From contig JBKKDM010000008.1 in NCBI GenBank assembly GCA_046707905.1, positions 3,367 through 67,366 on the forward strand: a DNA stretch of 64,000 bases, in the 5' to 3' direction. The notes under the pieces are model-generated. The model made no database searches, was not told the DNA's origin, and worked only from the letters and a program-made list of their open reading frames with translations. The DNA comes from Candidatus Limnocylindrales bacterium (GTDB taxonomy: Bacteria > Chloroflexota > Limnocylindria > Limnocylindrales > CSP1-4). Below, in pieces: positions 33,403 to 42,634 of this stretch. Each line of letters opens with the position of its first letter. Positions within the stretch are counted from its first letter, which is position 1. Made by a program: the position numbers and the translations under genes.

Positions 33403-34080
33403 TCAGGCGCCCGGCTTCGGCTCCAGCCCGAACAACGAGCGGCACGCCTCCAGCCCTTCGACGTTGACCGCCGGTCGCGGCCGCCCCCGCCAGGCCTCGA
33501 GCGTCAATCGGAATCGCTGCGTCTCGCGCGGTGCGTCCCGCGGCGCGAGCCGGCCGAAGCCGTTCGCCTCGTAGCCGACCGCCAGGCTGACCTTGTTCGA
33601 GGCAGGGTTGTCGAGGAAGGCCTCGGTCTCGGCGACCTCCGCCCCGAGGTGGTCGAAGGCCAGCGCCAGGACCGCCTGGCGCATCAGCTTGCCGACGCCG
33701 CGGCCCTGGTGGGCCTGCCCGAGCCAGGAACCCGTCGATACGGTCCGATAGAGCTTGAAGCGTTCACCGCGGAGGTCCTGGAACCCGATCGCGCGACCGT
33801 TCTCCCAGACGCCCATCGTCAGGAACCACTCGTCGGCGGACCAGCGCCCCCGGCTGCCCATCCACCACTGGTAGGAAGCGAGGTTGCGTGCCGCGGGCGG
33901 CTCGTCGGTCCAGGCGATCCCGAACGGCATCTCGCCCGGCGGGTGGATGCCGGCCTCGATGATGTCGACGAAGGCGGGCAGCTCGGCCTCGGTCGGGTAG
34001 CGCAGCTCCAGGTCGCCCGTCGTCAGGCGCAGGGCGTAGAGCGGCCACAGGTCGCGAAGCTCCGACGAAGGCCCGATCAT
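33403..34080 (-). CDS. GNAT-family N-acetyltransferase
   Basis: QGRGVGKLMRQAVLALAFDHLGAEVAETEAFLDNPASNKVSLAVGYEANG (acetyl-CoA binding core). Confidence 0.8.
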   Translation of the reverse strand: MIGPSSELRDLWPLYALRLTTGDLELRYPTEAELPAFVDIIEAGIHPPGEMPFGIAWTDEPPAARNLASYQWWMGSRGRWSADEWFLTMGVWENGRAIGFQDLRGERFKLYRTVSTGSWLGQAHQGRGVGKLMRQAVLALAFDHLGAEVAETEAFLDNPASNKVSLAVGYEANGFGRLAPRDAPRETQRFRLTLEAWRGRPRPAVNVEGLEACRSLFGLEPKPGA

Positions 34081-34097
34081 CGCGGCATCATACGGAC

Positions 34098-34877
34098 GTG
34101 ACCCCTCCAGCCTGGCCGGGCGCCCAGCTGCGCCGACGGATCCTCGCGGGCGAGACGCTGTTCGGCGCCTGGGCGAGCCTTGCCTCGCCGGGCTCGGCCG
34201 AGCTGATGGGCCGCGCCGGCCTCGATTGGGTCGTCGTCGACCTCGAGCACGGCAACACCACGGAGTCCGAGCTCCTCGCCCACCTGACCGCGATCGAGGC
34301 GAGCGGCTCGGTGGCGCTGGTCCGGCCGCCGTCGGGGGAGCGGCTCCGGATCGGGCGCGCGCTCGATCTCGGAGCGGCCGGCATCGTCGTTCCCCGCCTG
34401 GACACCGCCGAGCAGGTCCGCGAGGCCGTGACGTTCCTGCGCTACCCGCCGACCGGCCAGCGCGGCGTGGCCCTCCTCACCCGCGGCGCCCGCCTGGGAA
34501 CGGTGACCCACGCCGGCGTTGCGGCCCTCAACGACGACATCGTCGGGATCGTGCAGATCGAATCGCCGAGCGCGGTCGAGGAGGCCGAGGCGATCGCGGC
34601 CACCGACGGGGTCGACGTGCTGTTCGTGGGCCCCGCCGACCTGTCGCACTCGCTCGGCGTCCCAGGGCAGTTCGCCGACGCCGGGTACCAGGACGCGCTC
34701 CGGCGGGTCGTCGAGGCCTGTCGCGCCCACGGAAAGGCGCCGGGGATCCTGCTCTACGACCACGCCTCGTTCCGGCCCCACCTCGGGCTGGGGTTCACGT
34801 TCGTCGGGATCGGCGCGGACATCTCGTTCGTGAACGACGGGGTCAAGGCCGCGCTGGCAGCCGCCCGCGGAGGCTAG
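34098..34877 (+). CDS. HpcH/HpaI-family aldolase
   Basis: GLDWVVVDLEHGN, GAAGIVVPRLDTAEQ, YPPTGQRG, VQIESPSAVEEAEAIAATDGVDVLFVGPADLS. Confidence 0.85.
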   Translation: MTPPAWPGAQLRRRILAGETLFGAWASLASPGSAELMGRAGLDWVVVDLEHGNTTESELLAHLTAIEASGSVALVRPPSGERLRIGRALDLGAAGIVVPRLDTAEQVREAVTFLRYPPTGQRGVALLTRGARLGTVTHAGVAALNDDIVGIVQIESPSAVEEAEAIAATDGVDVLFVGPADLSHSLGVPGQFADAGYQDALRRVVEACRAHGKAPGILLYDHASFRPHLGLGFTFVGIGADISFVNDGVKAALAAARGG

Positions 34878-34887
34878 GCGCCGGCCC

Positions 34888-35799
34888 GTGACGGAGCTCG
34901 GGGGCGTCGATCTCGAGGCGGCCGAGGCCTGGATCCGCGAGACCATCCGGCCGACCGGGCCGCTCGAGCTTGAGAAGGAACGTCCCTGGGCCACGGTCCT
35001 GCGCGTGCCGATCCACGGAGGCCGGGCGTTCTTCAAGGCCTGCCGGCCCGTCCAGGCGTTCGAGCCGGGACTGACCGCGCTGCTCGCCGACCGCTGGCCG
35101 AGCCTGGTCGCCGAGGTCCTGGCCCACGACCCGGATCGGGCTTGGCTGTTGACCGCCGACGCCGGCTCGCCGCTCGACGACCTGGGCAACCCGCCGGAGC
35201 GTTGGCTCGACGTCCTGCCGCGCTACGCGGAGCTCCAGCGCGGGCCCTACGACCTCAGCGATCTGCTCGGGCTCGGGATGCCGCCGCTGCTGTCGAGCGA
35301 GCTCCCGCGAAGCTTCGAGGCGATGGTCGCCCGCGACCTGCCGCTGGAGCGCGAGGAGCTCGCGGCCGCTCGGCGCCTCGGGCCGAGGCTCGAAACGCTC
35401 CTCGACGAGCTCGCCGCCGCTCCAGTCCGCGACACGATCGAGCATGCCGACCTCCACCACCGGAGCGTCTTCAGCCGGGACGGCGAGCTGCGGATCCTCG
35501 ATTGGGGGGACGCATCGGTGAGTCACCCGTTCTTCTCGCTCGTCGTCACCTTCCACTGGTTGCACGAGGCCAACGGACTCGCCGCCGACGACCCCTGGTT
35601 CGGCCGCCTGCGCGACGCCTACCTGGAGCCATGGGGCCCTGGGCTCGGGTCCGTCTTCGAGGTCGCGCAGCGGCTCGGAAAGGTCGCGCGCGCCCTCGCC
35701 TGGCTCCGCCACCACGACGCGATGGGCCCGGGCGCCTTCCCGGCCTTCGACGAGGAGCTCCCCGCCGTCCTGCGGGAGGCGTTCGCGGCGGTCGCTTGA
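34888..35799 (+). CDS. phosphotransferase (APH/choline-kinase fold) family protein
   Basis: IEHADLHHRSVFSRDGELRILDWGDASVSHPFF (Brenner-like catalytic loop plus DWG). Confidence 0.65.
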   Translation: MTELGGVDLEAAEAWIRETIRPTGPLELEKERPWATVLRVPIHGGRAFFKACRPVQAFEPGLTALLADRWPSLVAEVLAHDPDRAWLLTADAGSPLDDLGNPPERWLDVLPRYAELQRGPYDLSDLLGLGMPPLLSSELPRSFEAMVARDLPLEREELAAARRLGPRLETLLDELAAAPVRDTIEHADLHHRSVFSRDGELRILDWGDASVSHPFFSLVVTFHWLHEANGLAADDPWFGRLRDAYLEPWGPGLGSVFEVAQRLGKVARALAWLRHHDAMGPGAFPAFDEELPAVLREAFAAVA

Positions 35800-35872
35800 G
35801 GCCCACGGCTTCGCGCTCGCGGAGGACGATGCCCGAACGGGCCGCGAACAGCAGGTCCACTACACTTTCCGC

Positions 35873-36373
35873 GTGACTGAACTCTCCGAGCGCGCGGTGG
35901 CGTCGCGCGTCCCGAGCCTCATCGACGAGAAGCTCAAGGCCCTGACCCGGCGCGACCCGCTGACGGTCCGCCCGGGTGCCTCGCTCCAGGCCTGCCTCGA
36001 CTTGATCCGGGAAACCGGCACCGCCGATTCCGTCTTCGTGACCGACGAGGGCGGGCGGCTGATGGGCGTCCTCACCGAGCGCGACATCTTCGGCCGGCTC
36101 GTCGGGCCCAGCGTCGACCTTTCGCAGCCCGTCGACACCTTCATGATCGACCACCCGTTCACGCTCCACCTCGACGAGCCGATCCGGCACGCGATCGAGC
36201 TGATGCAGACGGGCCGCTACCGGAACGTCCCCCTGATCGACGACGCGTCCGTGCTCGTCGGCGTCGTCCGGCCCGTCGACGTCCTGCAGTACCTCGCCGA
36301 GGCCTTCCCGGAGGAGCTCCTCAACCTCCCGCCGCGGCCCCTCCAGCGCATGGACGCCACCGAGGGCGCGTGA
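35873..36373 (+). CDS. CBS-pair domain protein
   Basis: Two CBS-like repeats (VFVTDEGGRLMGVLTERDIF; VPLIDDASVLVGVVRPVDVL). 4-nt overlap with korA. Confidence 0.75.
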   Translation: MTELSERAVASRVPSLIDEKLKALTRRDPLTVRPGASLQACLDLIRETGTADSVFVTDEGGRLMGVLTERDIFGRLVGPSVDLSQPVDTFMIDHPFTLHLDEPIRHAIELMQTGRYRNVPLIDDASVLVGVVRPVDVLQYLAEAFPEELLNLPPRPLQRMDATEGA

Positions 36374-38328
36374 CGACCGAAGCGCCGACTCGCCAGGGCC
36401 CGCCACCGACCGAGCGCACCCTCGACCGGGTCACGATCCGCTTCGCCGGCGATTCCGGCGACGGCATGCAGCTGACGGGGACCCAGTTCACGCGAACGGC
36501 CGCAGCCTTCGGCAACGACATCAGCACCTTCCCGGACTACCCCGCGGAGATCCGGGCGCCAGCCGGATCGCTGCCCGGCGTCTCCGGGTTCCAGCTGAGC
36601 TTCTCGAGCAGCGAGATCCACACGCCCGGCGACGCCCCGGACGTCCTCGTCGCGATGAACCCGGCGGCCCTCAAGGCCAACCTCGGCGAGCTGCCCGCGG
36701 GCGGCGCGCTCATCGTCAACGAGGACGCGTTCACCACCCAGAACCTGACCAAGGTCGGGTATGCCGCGAACCCCCTGACCGACGACTCCCTCAAGCAGTG
36801 GAACGTCTTCGCGGTCCCGATCTCGACCCTGAACAGCCGCGCGCTGGAGGGGCTCGGGCTCACCAACAAGCAGGTCGACCTCACGAAGAACTTTTTCGCG
36901 CTGGGCCTCATGTTCTGGCTGTACGAGCGCGACATGGCCGCGACCATCGCCTGGATCGACGACAAGTTCGGGAAGCGTCCGGAGATCGGTGAGGGCAACA
37001 AGCGGGCCCTGAAGGCCGGCTACAACTTCGGCGAGACGACCGAGATCTTCCACGAGCGCTACATCGTCCCGCCCGCGAAGCTCGCACCCGGGAACTACCG
37101 GAACATCACGGGCAACGAGGCGACCGCCCTGGGCCTCGTCGCCGCGTCGAAGCTCGCGGGCCGGGACCTGTTCTACGGCTCGTACCCGATCACGCCCGCC
37201 TCGGACATCCTGCACCAGCTCGCGGGCTACAAGAACTTCGGCGTCAAGACGTTCCAGGCCGAGGATGAGATCGCCGCCATCGGCGCGGCCATCGGGGCCA
37301 GCTACGGCGGGGCGATGGGGCTCACCGCGTCGTCCGGACCGGGCATCGCGCTCAAGATGGAAGCACTGGGCCTCGCCGTCATGGTCGAGCTGCCGCTCGT
37401 CGTCATCGACGTCCAGCGCGCCGGCCCGTCGACCGGGATGCCGACCAAGAACGAGCAGGCCGACCTGCTCCAGGTCATGTTCGGCCGGAACAGCGACTCG
37501 CCCGTCCCGATCGTCGCCCCCGCGACCCCCGGCGAGTGCTTCGAGTTCGCGATCGAGGCGTGGCGGCTCGCGCTCAAGTACATGACCCCTGTCGTGTACC
37601 TCTCGGACGCGTTCCTCGCGACGGGTGCGGAGCCATGGCACATCCCGAACGCAGACGACCTGCCCTCGATCGCGGTCCCGAATCGGACCGAGAAGGACGG
37701 CTTCTACCCGTACCTCCGCGACGAGACGACGTTGGCGCGACCATGGGCCGTGCCGGGCACGCCCGGGCTGGAGCACCGGATCGGCGGCCTCGAGAAGGCC
37801 GACATCCTTGGCAACGTCAGCTACGACCCGGACAACCACCACCGGATGCAGCTCCTGCGCCAGGCCAAGGTCGCCGGGATCGCCAACGACATCCCGCCCC
37901 TGGACGTCTTCGGGCCTGCGGAGGGCGACCTGCTCGTCCTCGGCTGGGGCTCGACGTACGGCGCGATCCGGAGCGCGGTCGAGCGCCTGCAGGAGAAGGG
38001 CCACTCGGTGGCCCATGCACATCTCCGCTACCTGAACCCGCTGCCCGCGAACACCGGCGACGTCCTGAAGGCCTTCAAGCGTGTCCTGATCCCGGAGGTG
38101 AACCTCGGGCAGCTGCTCCTGCTCATCCGGGCGAAGTACCTGATCGACGCCCAGGGTTACAACCGGGTCCGGGGCAAGCCGTTCCGGATCGCTGAGCTCG
38201 AGGCCGAGGCCGAGCGGATGCTCGCCGGCGGCGGCGCGGTCGTCGAGCAGGTGATGGCGCATCGGCCGGCGCCACGAACCGTCGCCGCCGCGGCGCCGAA
38301 TCCGACGGCATCGGGGGACGGGGCATGA
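36370..38328 (+). CDS. korA: 2-oxoacid:ferredoxin oxidoreductase, alpha subunit
   Basis: IRFAGDSGDGMQLTG, GSYPITPASDILH, AEDEIAAIGAAIGASYGG, PSTGMPTKNEQADL. Confidence 0.9.
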   Translation: MTTEAPTRQGPPPTERTLDRVTIRFAGDSGDGMQLTGTQFTRTAAAFGNDISTFPDYPAEIRAPAGSLPGVSGFQLSFSSSEIHTPGDAPDVLVAMNPAALKANLGELPAGGALIVNEDAFTTQNLTKVGYAANPLTDDSLKQWNVFAVPISTLNSRALEGLGLTNKQVDLTKNFFALGLMFWLYERDMAATIAWIDDKFGKRPEIGEGNKRALKAGYNFGETTEIFHERYIVPPAKLAPGNYRNITGNEATALGLVAASKLAGRDLFYGSYPITPASDILHQLAGYKNFGVKTFQAEDEIAAIGAAIGASYGGAMGLTASSGPGIALKMEALGLAVMVELPLVVIDVQRAGPSTGMPTKNEQADLLQVMFGRNSDSPVPIVAPATPGECFEFAIEAWRLALKYMTPVVYLSDAFLATGAEPWHIPNADDLPSIAVPNRTEKDGFYPYLRDETTLARPWAVPGTPGLEHRIGGLEKADILGNVSYDPDNHHRMQLLRQAKVAGIANDIPPLDVFGPAEGDLLVLGWGSTYGAIRSAVERLQEKGHSVAHAHLRYLNPLPANTGDVLKAFKRVLIPEVNLGQLLLLIRAKYLIDAQGYNRVRGKPFRIAELEAEAERMLAGGGAVVEQVMAHRPAPRTVAAAAPNPTASGDGA

Positions 38329-39380
38329 CCGAGATCGCGACGACGAACGGCAAGGGCGAGGCGACACCCGCGACCGAGCTGCCGGTGCTGACCCGGAAGG
38401 ACTTCGTGTCCGACCAGGAGGTCCGCTGGTGCCCGGGCTGCGGCGACTATTCGATCCTGGCCCAGACCCAGAAGGTGATGCCGGACTTCGGCTACGCCAA
38501 GGAGAACATCGTCTTCATCTCCGGGATCGGGTGCTCGGGGCGGCTGCCGTACTACATGAACACCTACGGTTTCCACACGATTCACGGCCGGGCGCCCGCG
38601 ATCGCGACGGGCCTCAAGGCGGCGCGGCCGGACCTCATGGTCTGGGTCATCACGGGCGATGGCGATGCGCTCTCGATCGGTGGCAACCACCTGATCCACT
38701 CGCTGCGACGGAATGTCGACATCCGGATCGTGATGTTCAACAACCGGATCTACGGGCTCACGAAGGGCCAGGCCAGCCCGACCTCGGAGCTGGGCAAGGT
38801 CACGAAGTCATCGCCGTATGGCACCGTCGACTTCCCGATCAGCCCGCTCGCGATCGCGCTGGCTGCCGAGGCGACGTTCATCGCCCGGTCCGTCGACACG
38901 TTCACGGAGCACATGCAGCAGACCCTGGACGCCGCCGGACGGCATCGCGGCGCCGCCTTCCTCGAAGTCCTCCAGAACTGCAACATCTTCAACGACGGCG
39001 CCCATCGGGAGTTCACCGACCGCGAGGTCCGGGAGGAGCGGACGCTCAACCTCGAGCACGGCAAGCCGATGATCTTCGGCAAGGACAAGGACAAGGGCCT
39101 CCGGCTCAACGGCCACCAGCCCGAGATCGTGACCATCGGCGAGAACGGCATCACCGAGGGGGACCTCCTGGTCCATGACGAGACCGACCCGCTGATCTCG
39201 TTCATGCTCGCCCACATCTACTGGCCGGAGTTCCCGGTCCCGGTCGGGGTCCTCCGCCGGATCGCCCGCCCGACCCACGATCAGATGCTCAACGACCAGC
39301 TCGTGCAAGCCACGGCCACGCGGGGCGCCGGGGACCTCAAGAAGCTGCTCAACGCGGGAGAGACCTGGACGGTCGAATAG
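38325..39380 (+). CDS. korB: 2-oxoacid:ferredoxin oxidoreductase, beta subunit (TPP-binding)
   Basis: WCPGCGDYSIL, GIGCSGRLPYY, GDGDALSIGGNH, NNRIYGLTKGQ. 4-nt overlap with korA. Confidence 0.9.
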   Translation: MTEIATTNGKGEATPATELPVLTRKDFVSDQEVRWCPGCGDYSILAQTQKVMPDFGYAKENIVFISGIGCSGRLPYYMNTYGFHTIHGRAPAIATGLKAARPDLMVWVITGDGDALSIGGNHLIHSLRRNVDIRIVMFNNRIYGLTKGQASPTSELGKVTKSSPYGTVDFPISPLAIALAAEATFIARSVDTFTEHMQQTLDAAGRHRGAAFLEVLQNCNIFNDGAHREFTDREVREERTLNLEHGKPMIFGKDKDKGLRLNGHQPEIVTIGENGITEGDLLVHDETDPLISFMLAHIYWPEFPVPVGVLRRIARPTHDQMLNDQLVQATATRGAGDLKKLLNAGETWTVE

Positions 39381-39412
39381 CCCCGAACGAGGGCTCGAAG
39401 GAGGTTCGCGCG

Positions 39413-39913
39413 GTGATCTGCCCGGTTTGTCGGTTCGGCAACTTCCCCGGGGACGACACATGCGCCAACTGCGGCGCCGACCTCTGGAGCGCGGACACGC
39501 CCCAGCCGGTCACGACGTTCCGAGGTCGCCTGCTCGGCCTCCATCTCGACGAGCTGGGTGCGCCGCCGCCCAACCTGATCGATGCGGGCGCGCGTGTCGA
39601 CGACGCGATCGCCCGAATGCAGGCGGAGGGCCTCGACTGCCTCCTCGTGACGGAAGGTGAGGCGCTGGTGGGCATCTTCACCGACCGCGACGCGATCCTG
39701 AAGGTCGCCGGCCAGGGCGACGGCGCCCGAGCCGTCCGCGAGGTGATGACCCACGACCCGGTGATCCTTCGAAGCGGCGATCCGGTCGCGGTCGCGATTC
39801 ACAAGATGGCGGTCGGCGGGTTCCGGCACGTCCCGATCGTCAAAGGTGGGGTGCCCGTGGCCGTGGTCTCCGCGAAGGACGTCTTCCGGCACCTCGCGGC
39901 CGGGATTGAGTGA
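39413..39913 (+). CDS. zinc-ribbon plus CBS-pair domain protein
   Basis: MICPVCRFGNFPGDDTCANCG followed by two CBS-like repeats (LLVTEGEALVGIFTDRDAIL; VPIVKGGVPVAVVSAKDVF). Confidence 0.75.
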   Translation: MICPVCRFGNFPGDDTCANCGADLWSADTPQPVTTFRGRLLGLHLDELGAPPPNLIDAGARVDDAIARMQAEGLDCLLVTEGEALVGIFTDRDAILKVAGQGDGARAVREVMTHDPVILRSGDPVAVAIHKMAVGGFRHVPIVKGGVPVAVVSAKDVFRHLAAGIE

Positions 39914-40307
39914 TTCGGGCGCCGGCGCGGCGTCCGGCGATCACGAGACGCTACGCACCGTCGCGGCACCGATCGTCCTCGTCCTTGCGGACGACCTCAT
40001 CTGGGCGACGCGCCTCGCCGACGCGGTGACCGCGGCTGGCGGCCAGCCGAAGCGGGCCCGGCGGCTCGAAGGGCTGGAAGACGTCGGGGCCTCACACGCG
40101 ATCGTGGACCTCACGGCGCGCTCCTACGACGGCGTCGCCGCGGTCCGCCAGGTTGCCGGCACGGGAGCGAGGGTCGTCGCGGTGGGGCAGCACGACGACG
40201 CCGAGCTCCGGCGGGCGGCCATGGAGGCCGGTGCCGAGCGCGTCTACACGTACCGGGCGCTCTTCGAGGACGGACCTCGCTCGATCGCCCGCTGGCTCGC
40301 GTCATGA
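39906..40307 (+). CDS. receiver-like (CheY-fold-like) hypothetical protein; start uncertain
   Basis: IVLVLADDLIW ... AIVDLTARS ... VVAVGQHDD pattern. ATGA overlap with the M24 peptidase gene. TTG at 39906 is only one candidate start. Confidence 0.35.
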   Translation: MSDSGAGAASGDHETLRTVAAPIVLVLADDLIWATRLADAVTAAGGQPKRARRLEGLEDVGASHAIVDLTARSYDGVAAVRQVAGTGARVVAVGQHDDAELRRAAMEAGAERVYTYRALFEDGPRSIARWLAS

Positions 40308-41464
40308 CCGCCCACGCCCATCGCCGCGAGCGCGCGCGCGGCTCGCTCGCGGCCAACGGTGCCGCCGCGCTCCTGCTCGGCCTTGGGGCCGACCTTCGCT
40401 ACCTCACGGGCTACACGGCGCACGCCCTCGAACGGCTGACGCTGCTGGTGCTTCGTCCGGACGGCCCGGCGACGCTGTTGGCGCCGCGTCTCGAGGCAAT
40501 GGCGGCTGCCAAAAGCCCCGCGGCCACGGGCGGCCTCCTGGAGATCGAGGCCTGGGACGAGACGGAGGATCCGTACGCGTTGGTCGGCGCGCGGCTTCGC
40601 GACGCGGACGAGGCGCACGGCCGAGACGCCCGCCGCGGCGCGGGTGGACGGCTCCTGGTCGACCCGTTGCTCCCGGCGCGCCATCTGCTCGGGCTGCAGC
40701 GCGTGTTCGCCGGCCGGCCGTTCGCGCTGTCTACGGAGGTGATGCGGGACCTCCGGATCGTCAAGGCCGACGACGAGATCGAGCTCCTTCGCCGGGCGGC
40801 TCATTCCGCGGATCGGGTCGTGGCGCGGATCGCCACCGGCCGGCTCGTCGGGCGGACCGAGGCCGAGGTCAGCCGCGAGGTTCGTGACCAGCTGATTGCC
40901 GAGGGCCACGACGAGGCCAGCTTCGCGATCGTCGCCTCCGGTCCGAACAGCGCATCGCCCCACCACGTTGCCGGCGAGCGGCGGATCCAGCCCGGCGACC
41001 CGGTCGTCCTGGATATCGGCGGCACGATCGATGGCTACGGCTCGGACATCACGCGGATGCTGTGGGTCGCGGGCGCGCACGGCGGCGTGCCCCCAGCGCC
41101 GGAGTTCCTCGCGGTCTTCGACCTCGTGCAGGAGGCGCAGGCCGCCGCGACGGCAGCTGTTCGACCCGGCGCAGGTGCCGGCGAGCTCGACGAGGTCGCT
41201 CGCTCGGTCATCCGCGAAGGCGGCTTCGGCGAAGCGTTCATCCACCGGCTGGGCCACGGGATCGGCCTCGAGGCGCACGAGGACCCGTACCTCGTCGCCG
41301 GCAACGAGGAGACCCTCGACGTCGGGCACGCCTTCAGCATCGAGCCAGGGATCTACCTCGAAGGCCGATTCGGCGTCCGGATCGAGGACATCGTCGTTTG
41401 CGGGAGCGATGGTCCCGACGTCCTGAACGACGCGCCGCGGGGGCTGCTGGTCGTCCCGGGCTGA
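40304..41464 (+). CDS. M24-family Xaa-Pro aminopeptidase/dipeptidase
   Basis: VVLDIGGTIDGYGSDITR, HRLGHGIGLEAHEDPY, FSIEPGIYLEGRFGVRIEDIVV. Confidence 0.85.
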   Translation: MTAHAHRRERARGSLAANGAAALLLGLGADLRYLTGYTAHALERLTLLVLRPDGPATLLAPRLEAMAAAKSPAATGGLLEIEAWDETEDPYALVGARLRDADEAHGRDARRGAGGRLLVDPLLPARHLLGLQRVFAGRPFALSTEVMRDLRIVKADDEIELLRRAAHSADRVVARIATGRLVGRTEAEVSREVRDQLIAEGHDEASFAIVASGPNSASPHHVAGERRIQPGDPVVLDIGGTIDGYGSDITRMLWVAGAHGGVPPAPEFLAVFDLVQEAQAAATAAVRPGAGAGELDEVARSVIREGGFGEAFIHRLGHGIGLEAHEDPYLVAGNEETLDVGHAFSIEPGIYLEGRFGVRIEDIVVCGSDGPDVLNDAPRGLLVVPG

Positions 41465-41693
41465 CCCTCGACGGCCCGGGTATGATCCCGGGAACGTCCG
41501 CGAGGCTCGTGGGCGCCGGGCACCTGCCCAAGCTCCGACAAGCCAGGCCCGACATGAGCACCACCTCCACGCGGCGCTCCGGCGCCGCCGCCGCCGGTCG
41601 ATGAGCCGGCGCTGTCATCACGGTTCGCCCGGTCATGCCCGTCGAGGGCAGGAACGACGGCGCCCCGGCATCGAGCCCCAGCGTGGGCCCATC

Positions 41694-42449
41694 ATGCCCG
41701 AGTCGACGGACGCGGCCTCCGCGTTCATCCGTCCGAGACCCGCGCCCGCGCCGGCGTCGAGGCCCCTGCGGCCGTCGATGCCACCCGCCGAGGCGACACC
41801 CTTCAGCCCGCGCCTCGAGCCGGCGGCACAGCAGGATGCTCGTCCGACGGCGCCCGCCAGCGTTGGGCCAACGCCCGCCGCCCCGGCGGCCCCGGTGGAG
41901 CCCGGGCCGGCGGTCGCGCCGGCCACTGAGCGTGCCGTAGCGCGGCACGCCGAAGCTCAGCCCGCCGAAACGACGCATGCCGCGCCCGCCTTCGAGGCGC
42001 CACGCATCCCTGACTCGGTCCGGCCACGCGACGCCTGGAGCATCTCCCGCGAGAGCGTGCATCCGCTGCGCCGGCCGTCACCGCTCCCGGGCCAGGCCAG
42101 CCCGCCCCAGCCCGTAGCCCTGGAGCACCGGCTGAACCAGAACGGCGGCGCGCTCGACGACGAGGGCGACCGCGGCGCCACCGGGCCACAGCTCCGACGG
42201 TTCATCAAGAGTCGCGCCTACGTGCCGATGCACGAGCTGCGGCGGCGCTTCGCGATCAACGGCCACGACGATGACGTCACCGCCGTCGACCTCGAGAAGC
42301 GCCGTGTCTTCGTGGGTCTGCCGGACCGCGAGGGCCGCCTCCTGGGCGAGCTCCTCCGTGGCGGCGACATCGGCTACGAGCTGTCAATGGACCCGATCAC
42401 GCCCATCGTCGTCGGCGTGTACCCGATGCGACCCATCACTCGCCCGTAG
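41694..42449 (+). CDS. hypothetical protein, Pro/Ala-rich N-terminus with compact C-terminal domain
   Basis: C-terminal ~90 aa: QLRRFIKSRAYVPMHELRRRFAINGHDDDVTAVDLEKRRVFVGLPDREGRLL. Start uncertain (the track gives 41601). Confidence 0.45.
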   Translation: MPESTDAASAFIRPRPAPAPASRPLRPSMPPAEATPFSPRLEPAAQQDARPTAPASVGPTPAAPAAPVEPGPAVAPATERAVARHAEAQPAETTHAAPAFEAPRIPDSVRPRDAWSISRESVHPLRRPSPLPGQASPPQPVALEHRLNQNGGALDDEGDRGATGPQLRRFIKSRAYVPMHELRRRFAINGHDDDVTAVDLEKRRVFVGLPDREGRLLGELLRGGDIGYELSMDPITPIVVGVYPMRPITRP

Positions 42450-42634
42450 TCCGCGTAGCAGCGCCGGTGCCTCGCCGCACCACCGGCGCGTCCCGAGCCT
42501 GTCCTGCCCTTGACCCCGCCGCGTCAAGTCTGCGACGCTCGTTCTTTGTACTTTAGTTCATACTCATTGCACAGAAGTACCAGCCACCAGCCAACAGCAC
42601 GTCGGCACGGGTTCCGACGAGAGGAGTTCCCAAG

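Noticed and set aside
36217-38367. 716-aa minus-strand ORF
   Set aside because: It is antisense to korA, which has unmistakable family motifs.
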